Made by a program: the position numbers and the translations under genes
The notes under the pieces: model-generated
Database searches by the model: none
The model's input: the letters and a program-made list of their open reading frames with translations, nothing else
What the model was told of the DNA's origin: nothing
Shown: positions 47,091 to 57,588 of the stretch, piece by piece
Layout: each line of letters starts with the position of its first letter
How positions within the stretch are numbered: position 1 is the first letter of the stretch
IMG/VR virus record: IMGVR_UViG_3300038428_000087
Span: 1-57,956 of that record
Reading direction: 5' to 3' (one strand)
Length of the DNA: 57,956 nucleotides
Source of the DNA: a virus
Lineage: Duplodnaviria > Caudoviricetes

Positions 47091-47252
47091 AGTCAAATAG
47101 CAAGGTTTAAGTATTAAGCCTACATTGGGGTATATGCAGACGTCAAAAGTTAATCTGGCATTAACAAAAAATTAAGCTGGATTAACGTAGCCACCGTGGC
47201 GGCAGAAAGCTACGGCTTGCGTCTGCAAAAAAAAGAAAAGGACATGGTATAG

Positions 47253-47699
47253 ATGAACCAAATAGAACTTAAGTCTTCCGTTGTTGGTGTCGTAATGACC
47301 GACAAGGCGGACTATATTCTAAAGTCTCTAAGAAACTCTCGGAACAACATAAAAGTTCTTTCAGATCAAATAGCTGACAAAGAGTGCGGAGCTAAAGCGG
47401 TCGAGGACCAGCTCAAGATTGCACAGGCGGAGGCGTTTGTTAAGGCCGCTACTGCGACAAGGCAAGACGGTAAGCTCGTAAATCCTAATATCGACAGCCA
47501 AAAAGCAGCATCTGAGATTATACTCAAAGAGGTAGATGGTTACGACGCCACGCTCGACGCACATCGGGACATGCTTAAAGAAATCCAGATCAAGAAGAAC
47601 ACCATAGTCTGTGAGCACGAAAGAAGGGGCGATCTCAAGACAGAAGTGGAGCTCCTAACGCTGCTTAATGGCCGAGGCGATCTGAGATGGACGAAGTAG
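47253..47699 (+). CDS. Coiled-coil hypothetical protein
   Basis: First gene of an early-gene cluster; helical. Confidence 0.6.
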   Translation: MNQIELKSSVVGVVMTDKADYILKSLRNSRNNIKVLSDQIADKECGAKAVEDQLKIAQAEAFVKAATATRQDGKLVNPNIDSQKAASEIILKEVDGYDATLDAHRDMLKEIQIKKNTIVCEHERRGDLKTEVELLTLLNGRGDLRWTK

Positions 47700-48614
47700 A
47701 GTACGCAACAGAGAACGACGTGAGTTATCTGCTTAGTCTTATTGATGAGCTGCGGGAAGAGCTAGGAGTCGAACGATGACTAAGAAGCAATGCGATAACT
47801 GTATCAACGTGCGAGGGCTAGGAAAAAAGCATTTTTCTCCGCATCTTTGGTGTAACCCTGAGCACGCATACTTTGAACGCGATCACACGTGCTCTCGTTG
47901 GGAGGGAACGCAATGAACAACGGTAAAAAGCTCAAATTTAAATCACTTCCGTGGCTCTCTATACTAAAGGTTTACTGGGCCGTTGTTCTAAATCTATTGG
48001 CGACGGTGCTCGTAATATATGGGGTGATCTTAATCATTAATCATTAAAAAGGGAGGTAGGGCGGAATGGACGAAATGGTAAATAAAAACAACCTAGACGA
48101 ACACGACGCGCTTTGGGAAGCTATCTCACGAATTGAAGACGCACAGGCGAAACAACGGAAAGAGATTGAAGAACTTAGTAAGGGGGACGGCAACCACGCT
48201 GAAACGGCAGACATCAAAATACCGCGATAAGTGGGAAGCAAAGAACGGGCAGCTTGACCTCCTTGATAAAGGGATTATTCGTTGCCTCTACGACCGGCCT
48301 GGGTCCAGCATGGTACGGGTCCAGGCGTGTCTTAATTTTGCTGAGCGGTACGGTAGAATCAAATACGGCATAATACTCACCCGGATTCGTACGCTCGAAA
48401 AAGCGGGAATACTCAGTACTGAACGAATCAGGAACGAAAGAAGATGTTTCTTGTCACAAGCTGCTCGCGAGGCTTGGAGAAGTGGGCGTTATGGAACTCA
48501 AGAATAGGCACGGAAACCAGTGGAGAGAAGCCTTAGCATGGAAAACCTAGCCATACTTGATTCACCTCCTTTTGTCCACTGGCCGTATAGCCGATTTGTC
48601 GCGACAAGAGATAC

Positions 48615-48944
48615 ATGACAATTAAATCAGACAATCTGTTACTCTCTACATACAAGAGAAATGACGATTGGCCTAAACTACGACGGCGGTTTAAGAAAAG
48701 GCATCCTGAGTGTGCGGTATGCGGGGGAAGGTCAAAGGGAAACAACGTCGTTCACCATATTAAACCGTACCAGTGGTATCCAGAGCTAGAAATGGAAGAG
48801 TCAAATTTAATCACGCTTTGTAAGTCGCACCACCTTACATTCGGTCATTTACAGGACTATAAAAGTTGGAACCCCAGTGTTAGGGATGATGCTGCAATAT
48901 GGTTACAAAAAATTAAAAACCGCGAAAGATGGAGGCCCAAATGA
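48615..48944 (+). CDS. Small HNH endonuclease
   Basis: CAVCG..VHHIKP..NLITLC..HH; paralogue of 20349. Confidence 0.88.
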   Translation: MTIKSDNLLLSTYKRNDDWPKLRRRFKKRHPECAVCGGRSKGNNVVHHIKPYQWYPELEMEESNLITLCKSHHLTFGHLQDYKSWNPSVRDDAAIWLQKIKNRERWRPK

Positions 48945-49618
48945 CTGTTGATATTCAAGGGGACTGTTGGGATTGGCAGTGGGCAGTTAATCAATACACT
49001 GGTTATGGCGTCATAATAGATGAAGAGACAAAGAAAGCAGTCAGCGCACACAGATATTTCTACGGAAAGCTAGTAGGAGCCATTCCAGGGGGCATGTTCG
49101 TTCTGCATACCTGCGATCACCGAATATGTGTGAATCCAAGGCATCTCTATATCGGGACGGCTAAAGACAATAGTCAAGATGCCGTCAAAAGAGAGAGGTT
49201 CAATCCAAATAACCCACCAGGAGAACTTGCCAAGCACGCGCTGTTAACACAATCACAAGTTGATGCAATTCGTAAGCGATATTCAGAAGGCGAGTCAACT
49301 CAGAAGCAATTAGGCGAGGAATACGAAATTACAGAGTCCGCTATCAATAAAATCGTCAACAGCGGTAACTGGGGCGCCAACCCCTTCAGAGAGGTTTACA
49401 AGCGACGTGGAAATACAAAACTAACACAGAAACAGGTTGATGAAATCCGAGAGCGATACGCGAGAGGGGGTACAACCCATAGGCAGCTAGCCGAGGAATA
49501 TGGGGTTGTCCATTCTCAGATAGCGAATATATTACGATGTAAACACTGGTGCGTCGTAGAAGATGCGGCAGCATGGAATCATCGTATTAAGGAACGTCCT
49601 AAATGGATTAGGAGGTAA
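48929..49618 (+). CDS. Free-standing HNH homing endonuclease with two HTH repeats
   Basis: CWDW..GYG..AHR..VLHTCD..CVNPRHL.IGT.KDN; LTQ.QVD.IR.RY..QL.EEY repeated twice. Confidence 0.88.
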   Translation: MEAQMTVDIQGDCWDWQWAVNQYTGYGVIIDEETKKAVSAHRYFYGKLVGAIPGGMFVLHTCDHRICVNPRHLYIGTAKDNSQDAVKRERFNPNNPPGELAKHALLTQSQVDAIRKRYSEGESTQKQLGEEYEITESAINKIVNSGNWGANPFREVYKRRGNTKLTQKQVDEIRERYARGGTTHRQLAEEYGVVHSQIANILRCKHWCVVEDAAAWNHRIKERPKWIRR

Positions 49619-49620
49619 AA

Positions 49621-49812
49621 GTGTCAACTGATTCTGAAAACAGACACCATAAAGCGTGGGTAGCCAGGAGAAAAGAGGACGGCTGGAAAAAGCTTAGTAT
49701 CTGGCTACCGCCTGAGCTCGCACACCAAGTCGAACGGTACGCATCAAGAGAGATGATGCCCCAGGCTACGGTTATCGAGGTGATTTTAAAGGACGCGCTA
49801 TTAAAAACGTAA
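49621..49812 (+). CDS. Small ribbon-helix-helix-like protein
   Basis: GGAGGT RBS; RRKEDGWKKLSIWLP.EL..V. Confidence 0.55.
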   Translation: MSTDSENRHHKAWVARRKEDGWKKLSIWLPPELAHQVERYASREMMPQATVIEVILKDALLKT

Positions 49813-50177
49813 AAACCAGGCCGAAAACGTAGAAACACTAAAGATTGATTACGTTAATTTGAAAGGGGGGAAACTTCCGGTGAAACCGAGGGAGGAAGTT
49901 AAAAACTGTCCGTGCGGCAGGCAATTCATAAGAACCAACTGGAAGGTCGGGTCGCAGGGCGCACACGTCGAGAACGATGGCCGTCCGAGAGAATACTGTG
50001 ACTCGTGCCGTGAAGCACGTTCACACGGGCGCCGTTACGGGACTGCTTTAAAGGAGGTGAGCTGAATGTGGCCATTAATTGACTACATCTATGTCAGCTT
50101 AGTACTCGGTATTTTTATTATCGTCTACCTAGCTGTAAGTCTGCCGTTATACGCGATAGAACGTCTAAGCAGGAAAC

Positions 50178-50387
50178 ATGAAAACTAAACCAAATGAGTT
50201 TTACCAGTGTGCTATGGCGGTAATCGGGAAACCGTGCGCTCCTAAAGAACTTGCTGCGTTTACTGAGACAGGGGTAGTACAGACACTAAGGAACCTCAAA
50301 GAGCTTAATAAAAAAGGACTGGTTGGAATGGTACTATCACGCGAAGATGGCAGGAAAACGCTGTATTACCTAAAGGGGAAACAATGA
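50178..50387 (+). CDS. Small winged-helix protein
   Basis: PKELA..L.EL.KKGLV..DGRKTLYYL. Confidence 0.6.
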   Translation: MKTKPNEFYQCAMAVIGKPCAPKELAAFTETGVVQTLRNLKELNKKGLVGMVLSREDGRKTLYYLKGKQ

Positions 50388-50913
50388 ATCTACCGTGCGA
50401 TTGCTGCGCTCATGCTATTCGGAAAGATGGAAAGTATCACTGCGAAACCAGGGGCTTTGATATTCCTAACGTAGATGAAGCTCCGGCTATCTGTGATTTC
50501 TATTCTCGAAAAGCGAGCGACTAATGGATAGATGCGACACCTGCAAAAATAGTCGTGTAATGAATAACTTACGGGTTCGATGTCTTGAAACAGGCGAAAT
50601 CCTGAGTGCATTTACCGAAGCCTGCTCACTTTACGATTGTCATGCTAGTAAACATAATCGGGGCTGGGGCGTTATTAAAAAGCTAATGGGGGGTGTTTAG
50701 GTGGGTAATAGAATGAACAGGCAGAAAATAGAACGAAGAATAGAAAAGTACCTTAAAGAAGTCAGGGAAATCAGACTAAACAGACTGGTCCCGAAGGGGT
50801 ACAGGACCTACTGTTTCAGACACCGTAACGCCACGAAGGACCACGCAACCAACTTTGCTGTCGTAGGAATATGGCTTTTCTTTCTAATACTTGCGTTTGG
50901 GGTTTTGAGGTAG

Positions 50914-51729
50914 ATGCCGAAGCGGTCAAAGACAAACTACATCAATCGACATAAATTACTTATGCACGCTCTTGTCGGTCATGAGAACTCAAAAGGAACG
51001 TTCAAAGGCGGACAGAACTACCACATCGTCCGGGGCGTCTATAAAAGACAAAAGCCACTTATAATAAAATACGTATTCAACTCACACTCACACAAGACAG
51101 CATTAAAAAACCTACCTACTTTTTTCAAAACGGTTATTAAACCCCTATGGCTGCCCGCTCTTACGAAGGTATGGACTAACGGCGCGGAAGAGGCTGAGAA
51201 TTTCATTAAAGACTGGCACGGTACGGTTAAGAAGATAGCCAAAGCAGATTATCAGGATTATGCCGACCAGTTCCTAGCTGACCACGGTGCCAGCAAAATA
51301 GATGGAATTACGGATACTGACCAGCAATGGCTAGCCAATACCTTGAGAAGCGGCGTATCAGAAGGACTAAGCACGTCGGATATTGCTTCTAACTTAACTG
51401 ATGACTTTGACAATGTATCAGATTCGCGTGCGATGACTATAGTGCGTACCGAAACAAACGGTGCGTTTTCTTACGCGAGCAACGAAACGGCAAAGGATCT
51501 ACTTCCAGACGGATCAACTAAAACTTGGTGGACCACATCAGATAACCCACGTCCAAGTCATCAGGATATGGAAGGAACTGAAATCGACATTGATGATGTA
51601 TTCGAGTTTGACGACGGTGAGTGTGCATATCCTTGCGATCCCGATGGTCCAGATGCTGAAACCATAAATTGTATGTGTGTACTGGAATATTCAGCGGGGA
51701 GCACGGAAACAGAAGAAGAAAATGACTGA
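50914..51729 (+). CDS. MuF/SPP1 gp7-like minor head protein
   Basis: RAMTIVRTETN, KTWWT..RPSH..M.G, YP.DP.G..ETINCMC. Confidence 0.88.
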   Translation: MPKRSKTNYINRHKLLMHALVGHENSKGTFKGGQNYHIVRGVYKRQKPLIIKYVFNSHSHKTALKNLPTFFKTVIKPLWLPALTKVWTNGAEEAENFIKDWHGTVKKIAKADYQDYADQFLADHGASKIDGITDTDQQWLANTLRSGVSEGLSTSDIASNLTDDFDNVSDSRAMTIVRTETNGAFSYASNETAKDLLPDGSTKTWWTTSDNPRPSHQDMEGTEIDIDDVFEFDDGECAYPCDPDGPDAETINCMCVLEYSAGSTETEEEND

Positions 51730-52569
51730 ACTCACATTTGGAAGATGCACTCGTTGTAAAGAAAAAGTCTCAGGACACGCAGTGTACTACGATGGTGTCT
51801 TGTTCTGCGGATGGTGCGAACTTGACACATACTTCACACGACTTGAAGACATCTTAAAAGGAATCTCAGGTTGAGGTGAACACCGCAATCAAATGCCCCA
51901 ACTGCAACTGGCCCGTGCTCCCAAAGCAAAACTTAGCCTTTAACGGTGAGCGATGGTACTTACTCTGTCCGAAGTGTCAGGAACATATTACGGTCCCTAT
52001 ATCCAGCGAAGACGGAAATCCGTTGCTAAGAATCTGGAACCGAGGATGTGAAGAATAAATGAGCGAATCTAAAAAACAAATCCTGCTTCAAAGGGTAACG
52101 GCACTAAAGCGCCTCGCAAAAATGACGGCTGCTAAAGAAAAATCTCCTATGCTATCTGAAATAGATTCGTGGGCTGCCGAACTTGAGGGGTTTATTAAAA
52201 CGTCAGGACACTAGAAATGACACGAACATGCGAAAAGTGCGGAAATCCTATAGCCGATGGCGACCTGGCCGAAACCCTCTGGAAATCCCCCCAAAGGTGG
52301 CACCTGCACTCGTTTTGTACTAGGTGTCATGCCATAATCTACGCCGATTTCATATATCGGTATAACCTAAAACGAGCTCCGAAATGAGTAAAAAGGTCGT
52401 CGCGTGTCCGCTCACTCGTTCAACGGTTGAAGTCAAGTATTGTGAGACGTTCTGTGAACTTTACTGGGTTTGTGTAATCTATAAAAATGAATGGAAAAGA
52501 GCTGTTGATTGTTGCAAATTTAAAAATCAAAAAAGCTATATCTGGCCCAATTTAAATCACAAAGGAAAA

Positions 52570-53586
52570 ATGAACAACTGTCGCAACGTCGTAAGCTTTT
52601 TTTCCGGCTGCGGTGGCTTTGATCTCGGATTCAGAAAGGCCGGCTACCGTATTGTATTGGCCAACGACGTTTGGCCCCCCGCCGCCAAAACATACAAACT
52701 GAATTTTCCGCGAACGAAGCTCATTTTGAGAGACATCCGAGAGATCGAACAATCAATGTTGGACTCCATCCTCAAAGCTAAAAAGGTGGAAAAAGTTCAA
52801 GTGATCATAGGGGGGCCGCCGTGCCAATGCTACACGCGGATGAACAACAATAATCCCCACAAAATAAACGACGAAAGAGCGCAGCTATTCAAGAGCTACA
52901 TCAATATGGTAAACGTTGTTAAACCGGACTTCGTCGTAATGGAGAACGTCCCAGATCTCCTTATAAGAACAAACGGCGACGGTTGCTTTTACCAGGATTT
53001 AATTGCGAATGAATTTGCCAAAGCTGGTTACAGATCTTCATATGATATCCTCGAAGCGGAGCGGTACGGTGTTCCTCAACGAAGAAGGCGAGTGATATTC
53101 TTGGCGACGAATAGAGACGACGTTGAACTGTCCTTTCCTGCTCCCTCGTCAAAAACAGCAAAAGTCGGCGAATTCTTGAGGAAGATCAATGGATTACAAA
53201 AGCTTGACAATCACGAGTTTGTGCCGAATAATCGGGAAGTGCTCGAGCGCATCAAGCACGTTCCGCCAGGGGGCTATTATGAACAGTTGCCGGAGCATTT
53301 GAAAGTGAAGAAGTTCAGAGATGGCAAATGGGTCGTTGCAAAGCGCTATGGGAGTTACTATCGGAGACTGAAAAGCGATGAACCTGCGGTAACGATTACA
53401 GAGAATTACCTTATACACCCCGACGAAGACCGCTATCTGACTAACAGGGAATTGGCTTTGCTCCAAACGTTCCCTCTAGCCTTCAAATTTTTTGGCACCA
53501 GAAAGGAAGTAAGGCAACAGATCGCCAACGCTGTCCCTCCAAAGTTCGGGGAACGCATTGGAAAACACCTTTTGTCTTATTTGTGA
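52570..53586 (+). CDS. dcm: DNA (cytosine-5)-methyltransferase
   Basis: FSGCGG (motif I), GGPPCQ (IV), ENV (VI), QRRRR (VIII), QIANAVPP (X). ATG at 52570 after AAAGGA is more likely than 52384. Confidence 0.93.
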   Translation: MNNCRNVVSFFSGCGGFDLGFRKAGYRIVLANDVWPPAAKTYKLNFPRTKLILRDIREIEQSMLDSILKAKKVEKVQVIIGGPPCQCYTRMNNNNPHKINDERAQLFKSYINMVNVVKPDFVVMENVPDLLIRTNGDGCFYQDLIANEFAKAGYRSSYDILEAERYGVPQRRRRVIFLATNRDDVELSFPAPSSKTAKVGEFLRKINGLQKLDNHEFVPNNREVLERIKHVPPGGYYEQLPEHLKVKKFRDGKWVVAKRYGSYYRRLKSDEPAVTITENYLIHPDEDRYLTNRELALLQTFPLAFKFFGTRKEVRQQIANAVPPKFGERIGKHLLSYL

Positions 53587-53885
53587 CGCACAGCGCTTTT
53601 GACCTTCTGAACGCACATTTCGGGTTCGGATTTGATCTCGTGTTCCCAAAAACGGATCACTGTCCAGCCCAAGCCGTGCAATTGATTGTTGACTTTTTCG
53701 TCTCTCTCCATGTTGTACCGTATCTTGTTTCTCCAATAGTCATTTTTCAGTTTGCCTTCAAGGTTTTCCCAGTTGTAACCGTGCCAAAAATGACTGTCGA
53801 CAAAAACGGCGACCTTCTTGGTCGGAAACGCGATATCAGGCTTTCCAGGCATTTCCTTAAGGTGAATCCTGTAGCGAAGCCCGTT
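53577..53885 (-). pseudogene. vsr: 5'-truncated very-short-patch repair endonuclease
   Basis: GLRYR..MPGKPDI..VFVDSHFWHG..YW..KI..N.ERD..GWTVIRFWEHEI; the usual N-terminal RS..M..T.PE segment is missing. Confidence 0.75.
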
Positions 53886-54685
53886 ATTTAGAAGGCATTT
53901 ATGATAAATATACTCATGATGAATTAAAGGCGATAAGCAAAGGCAAAGGCGTCTATGAGTTTACCATAACACCTCCTAAAGTAAACATTGACCATACCGG
54001 GGAAGAAATACGCTTTGGGTTTTTTACTGATTCTCACATGGGAAGCATTTACTATCATGAAGCGTTTTTAGACGATTTTATAAAAACCTGCAAGGAAAAG
54101 AAAGCTCAGTTTTGCGTAGCCGCTGGCGACATCACACACGGCATGGATTCAAGGAAATACAATTTGCTCTACGAGTTAAAACACATCGGCTACGCGGCAC
54201 AAAAAGAATACGCCGAGGAACAACTATCAAAAATACCTTTTAGGACGTATTTAGTCTCTGGAAACCACGACAGGTGGTATGAATCAGTAGGCGCAAACAT
54301 CGTGAAAGATATATGCGAAATGGTTCCAAAGACAGAATATATCGGACGTGATGAAGGCGATATTGAAGTTGAAGGGATATCTATACGTGTTTTTCACGGT
54401 GAGGATTTTTCGAGCTATGCAACGAGCTATCGGGCTCAGAAGCTTATCGAGAGCTTCACTGGTGGAACAAAGCCCAATGTGCTTCTTTTAGGTCACGCAC
54501 ACAAACAAGGGTACTTCTTTGAACGCAATATTCACGCGGTAAGTGGCGGAGCGTTATCTACACAATCTAAATGGATGCGAAGTAAACGAATGGCTAATCA
54601 CGCCGGATATCATTTTATAACTATGCGGGTCGATGATGAGGGCGTCGCCGAGTTCACACTAACCTTTAGGCCATTCTATGTTTGA
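53882..54685 (+). CDS. Calcineurin-like metallophosphoesterase, 5' end apparently lost
   Basis: TDSH, AGDI, SGNHD, FHG, GHAH. The first motif lies upstream of the ATG at 54038, in a frame open from 53861 with no start codon. Confidence 0.8.
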   Translation, partial: RYLEGIYDKYTHDELKAISKGKGVYEFTITPPKVNIDHTGEEIRFGFFTDSHMGSIYYHEAFLDDFIKTCKEKKAQFCVAAGDITHGMDSRKYNLLYELKHIGYAAQKEYAEEQLSKIPFRTYLVSGNHDRWYESVGANIVKDICEMVPKTEYIGRDEGDIEVEGISIRVFHGEDFSSYATSYRAQKLIESFTGGTKPNVLLLGHAHKQGYFFERNIHAVSGGALSTQSKWMRSKRMANHAGYHFITMRVDDEGVAEFTLTFRPFYV

Positions 54686-54789
54686 AAAATGAGGTTTGAA
54701 AAATGACTCCTACTGACGCCATCATCTTGCTAGTCGGCGTGGCCGTGTTCTATACAATCATAATATACATCATCTTAACAACAACATAA

Positions 54790-54835
54790 AAATTAAGCCA
54801 GATTAACACCAAAAAACAAGAAAAAAGTATAAACT
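54790..54835 (+). promoter_or_regulatory. TTAA-N6-TTAA site plus TATA box (putative late promoter)
   Basis: AAATTAAGCCAGATTAAC..CAAAAAACAAG is nearly identical to 7985-8015; GTATAAA follows about 20 nt after the motif. Confidence 0.55.
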
Positions 54836-54894
54836 AGTAAATTAATTTTTCCCATGCACGGATAAGCCGCTCTTAAGGCGGTTGTGAGGTAAGA

Positions 54895-55356
54895 GTGTCA
54901 AGTTGCACCATGGTAGAAGACACAGACGGAATACGTGCCCGCCTCTACCCACTACAGAACGATATCGAAGACACTAGCAAGCGCACGCTGTTTACCAACA
55001 TCCTATTCAAGCTCAGCAAAATCGAAAGAGAAATAAAAGGAGTCTCAAGAACACAGCTCATTCATATATCCAGAGAAAAAGAAAAAATAGAAAAAGGCTT
55101 CCTTGAGACTCCCGAAGCTGAGGCCCAAGCCAAGGCGATAATCAAACACTGGTCCAGGGTACATGATGGACACTGGGAAAGCAATTTTGTATTCCTGAGC
55201 GAAGAGCTGGAAAGGGAAAAAACCAAAATCTTCGGCCTGAACGACCGCGTGTTAGAAGATACTCTGCTTTTAGAATATGAAATGCTCGATACCATGCTTG
55301 GGATACTGAAAGACGAATACGATGCAGTACAGGCTTTTAAGGTTAAAGTAGATTAG
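54895..55356 (+). CDS. Hypothetical protein
   Basis: GAGGT RBS; upstream of TerS. Confidence 0.55.
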   Translation: MSSCTMVEDTDGIRARLYPLQNDIEDTSKRTLFTNILFKLSKIEREIKGVSRTQLIHISREKEKIEKGFLETPEAEAQAKAIIKHWSRVHDGHWESNFVFLSEELEREKTKIFGLNDRVLEDTLLLEYEMLDTMLGILKDEYDAVQAFKVKVD

Positions 55357-55365
55357 GGGGTTTGT

Positions 55366-55938
55366 TTGCCAAAAACGAGAGAAGCTGAATTATGGGATAG
55401 AAGGCAAAACGAACGCTCTAAAGCATTTGATCTCTTTTGTATGTACCGTGATATGGGCCCAAGCCGTAGTCTTGAAAAGCTAGCGCGGAGTAGTGACGAG
55501 ACCGGCATGAGTTTTGGGAACCTCCGGTTGCATAGTAAACGTCACGATTGGGTCAAGCGTGCAGAAGCATACGATGACCACAGAGCCGCTCAAGATTTAA
55601 AAGACAACGAACAGCTCATTAAAAAGTTCAAAACGCAGCGGGCCCTGGAAGCATTAGCCATCGCCGATAAAGCATATTCCAGCATGAAAGATGACAAAAC
55701 AGGCTCGAAAGAAGCACGAAAACGCTGGGAGCTTGGCATTGATAAGTTCATGCAGATATTAGGATTAGACAAGACAAAAGTAGAACTGAGCGGCGAAGTT
55801 AAAACAAATGATTCTGATAAAGCACTTCATCTAATAGAAGCCATCAACGCTACAGTAACACCTGAGCAAAGGATGGAGCTTTCTAAGAAACTTATGGATA
55901 TTGCTGAAGGTTCTAAGGATAAAGAATCAGAGCAATAA
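55366..55938 (+). CDS. Probable terminase small subunit
   Basis: W.R..E..KAF..F..YRDMG..RSL.K.A..WV.RA.AYD HTH region, helical core and KVELSGEV; upstream of TerL on the circle. Confidence 0.65.
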   Translation: MPKTREAELWDRRQNERSKAFDLFCMYRDMGPSRSLEKLARSSDETGMSFGNLRLHSKRHDWVKRAEAYDDHRAAQDLKDNEQLIKKFKTQRALEALAIADKAYSSMKDDKTGSKEARKRWELGIDKFMQILGLDKTKVELSGEVKTNDSDKALHLIEAINATVTPEQRMELSKKLMDIAEGSKDKESEQ

Positions 55939-56047
55939 TGTCCGGCAAAGTAAGGAAACTAAGACCGTATCGGTCTTTGATATACCGAAATTGTCAAAAC
56001 AAGCTTGAATTATGAAACGGGGTAAATTGTCCGGTATAAGTTGTTAA

Positions 56048-57199
56048 ATGGAGGCTAAAATGGCTACACAAAAGATGGTCTACGGGGTTGCCGCTTCAAG
56101 CGACACAAACCCAACACCGTATAAACTAAAAAGGGTGTCAACGACGCCAGTACCGCAACCTACGCTGGCAAAGTCAATCGCGCCACTAAAAGCGCAAGGT
56201 ATAGAAGATTTCTTACAAGTCGTTGCTGACGGAGCGTATCCAGATTCATCGTTTATCTCAGACTGTAAAACAAATGGGGTAACGTGTGGAATAAACAACA
56301 GCAATGACGGAACTAGCTCAAACTGGTCTTTAGCATATTACCAAGCCCTTGCTGCTCAAGGCGTGCAGTGGGCAATCGGAGAATCAGAAAGTGGTGGCGA
56401 GATGTGCGCTATGATGCAGGCAGCGCCAGGGAAACTTGTAGCGGGTACGTATGGTGGCGAGGGGACCGGGGGGCCCACAGGTAATAATGACATCTGGAGT
56501 GGGAATAACCTCACGCCAACGTGTACTATTGCTAAAGGCACAATAAACGCTTGGCTCGAAACATACACAAGCAGTGCAATGCTCAGCGCAAGTGAAATAG
56601 GAACGGAGGCAGCTATCAATAAGGACGCTGGCTGCTTTGAGGTTGGTCTTTTACCCGGAACATGGTGCGAGGCCGACTATGGTGCTACAGCAGAGACGTA
56701 TCTTGAGATGGTCGATGCGATGAAATCACAAGGAGTTACCTGCGCTGGGGTTCAGATGTGGTACTATCAAGGTGGTTTCGCATATCCAGATATTTTCACA
56801 GGTTTGATGGCAGAATATCCAGCTAACATGACGCCCATACTACAAAGAGCGAGTGGGACACCGACACCGACACCCACACCACCGACGCCCGATCCAGCAG
56901 TAGCAACACAATGCTTCCTAACCGTAGACAATGCAAACCCGAAGGTAAACGCTCCGGTAACGTTTACTGCTACAGTAATGAGCAACGGCAAAGAGATTCC
57001 AGTCCCCGTTACAGTTTACCATTACCTCAACGGAATCAAATACATCGACGCTCCAAGTAAAGCGGTTCTAAACTCTTTCTCAACGCTGACCTTCCAGACA
57101 ACGTTTACGACAGCAGATCCGAGACCATACTATATGTCATTCGCCGGAAATGCTCAGTATAAAGCTTCAAACGCACCATTGGGTGTGAACGTGCAGTGA
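56048..57199 (+). CDS. Putative GH-like protein with PT linker and C-terminal Ig-like domain
   Basis: N-terminal domain is paralogous to 33648; the Ig domain is closely similar to that of the 57585-1036 peptidase. Confidence 0.7.
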   Translation: MEAKMATQKMVYGVAASSDTNPTPYKLKRVSTTPVPQPTLAKSIAPLKAQGIEDFLQVVADGAYPDSSFISDCKTNGVTCGINNSNDGTSSNWSLAYYQALAAQGVQWAIGESESGGEMCAMMQAAPGKLVAGTYGGEGTGGPTGNNDIWSGNNLTPTCTIAKGTINAWLETYTSSAMLSASEIGTEAAINKDAGCFEVGLLPGTWCEADYGATAETYLEMVDAMKSQGVTCAGVQMWYYQGGFAYPDIFTGLMAEYPANMTPILQRASGTPTPTPTPPTPDPAVATQCFLTVDNANPKVNAPVTFTATVMSNGKEIPVPVTVYHYLNGIKYIDAPSKAVLNSFSTLTFQTTFTTADPRPYYMSFAGNAQYKASNAPLGVNVQ

Positions 57200-57207
57200 G
57201 GTAGAAA

Positions 57208-57588
57208 ATGGATGAAGATGAGCAGAATACTGAGGGGTATATTCTACGTCGCGATGTCGAAGAATTAGATTCAATTATCGAAAATCTCTCTACAGTAACC
57301 GACAGTAAAGCACGAACGCTGTTTAGATTACGAAGGGTTCACGAAAGCCTGAAGATGATGGAAAATAGATTATCCAGACCAGGTAGACGGGAAGAACTAA
57401 GCAAAGAACATTGGGAACCTAAAACTGAAACGGTTTCAACTGCAACACCAAATTGTTGGACTCGACCATCTGAAACTGGTTCGACTACAGCACCAAATAC
57501 TCTTACATTTGGCCAGGTGCTAAGAAAAAAGTTTGTTGATAAAGATGACGATGAGGCGTTTATAGGTTTTATAGGAGATAAAAAATGA
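57208..57588 (+). CDS. Hypothetical protein
   Basis: GAGGT RBS; ATGA overlap with the next gene. Confidence 0.55.
   Translation: MDEDEQNTEGYILRRDVEELDSIIENLSTVTDSKARTLFRLRRVHESLKMMENRLSRPGRREELSKEHWEPKTETVSTATPNCWTRPSETGSTTAPNTLTFGQVLRKKFVDKDDDEAFIGFIGDKK

Noticed and set aside
47135-47227. tRNA gene
   Set aside because: No T-loop or D-loop consensus and no cloverleaf; kept only as an unknown structured element.
52384-52569. N-terminal extension of the methyltransferase
   Set aside because: Motif I follows the ATG at 52570, which has its own RBS; the upstream part looks like the remnant of a small viral ORF.
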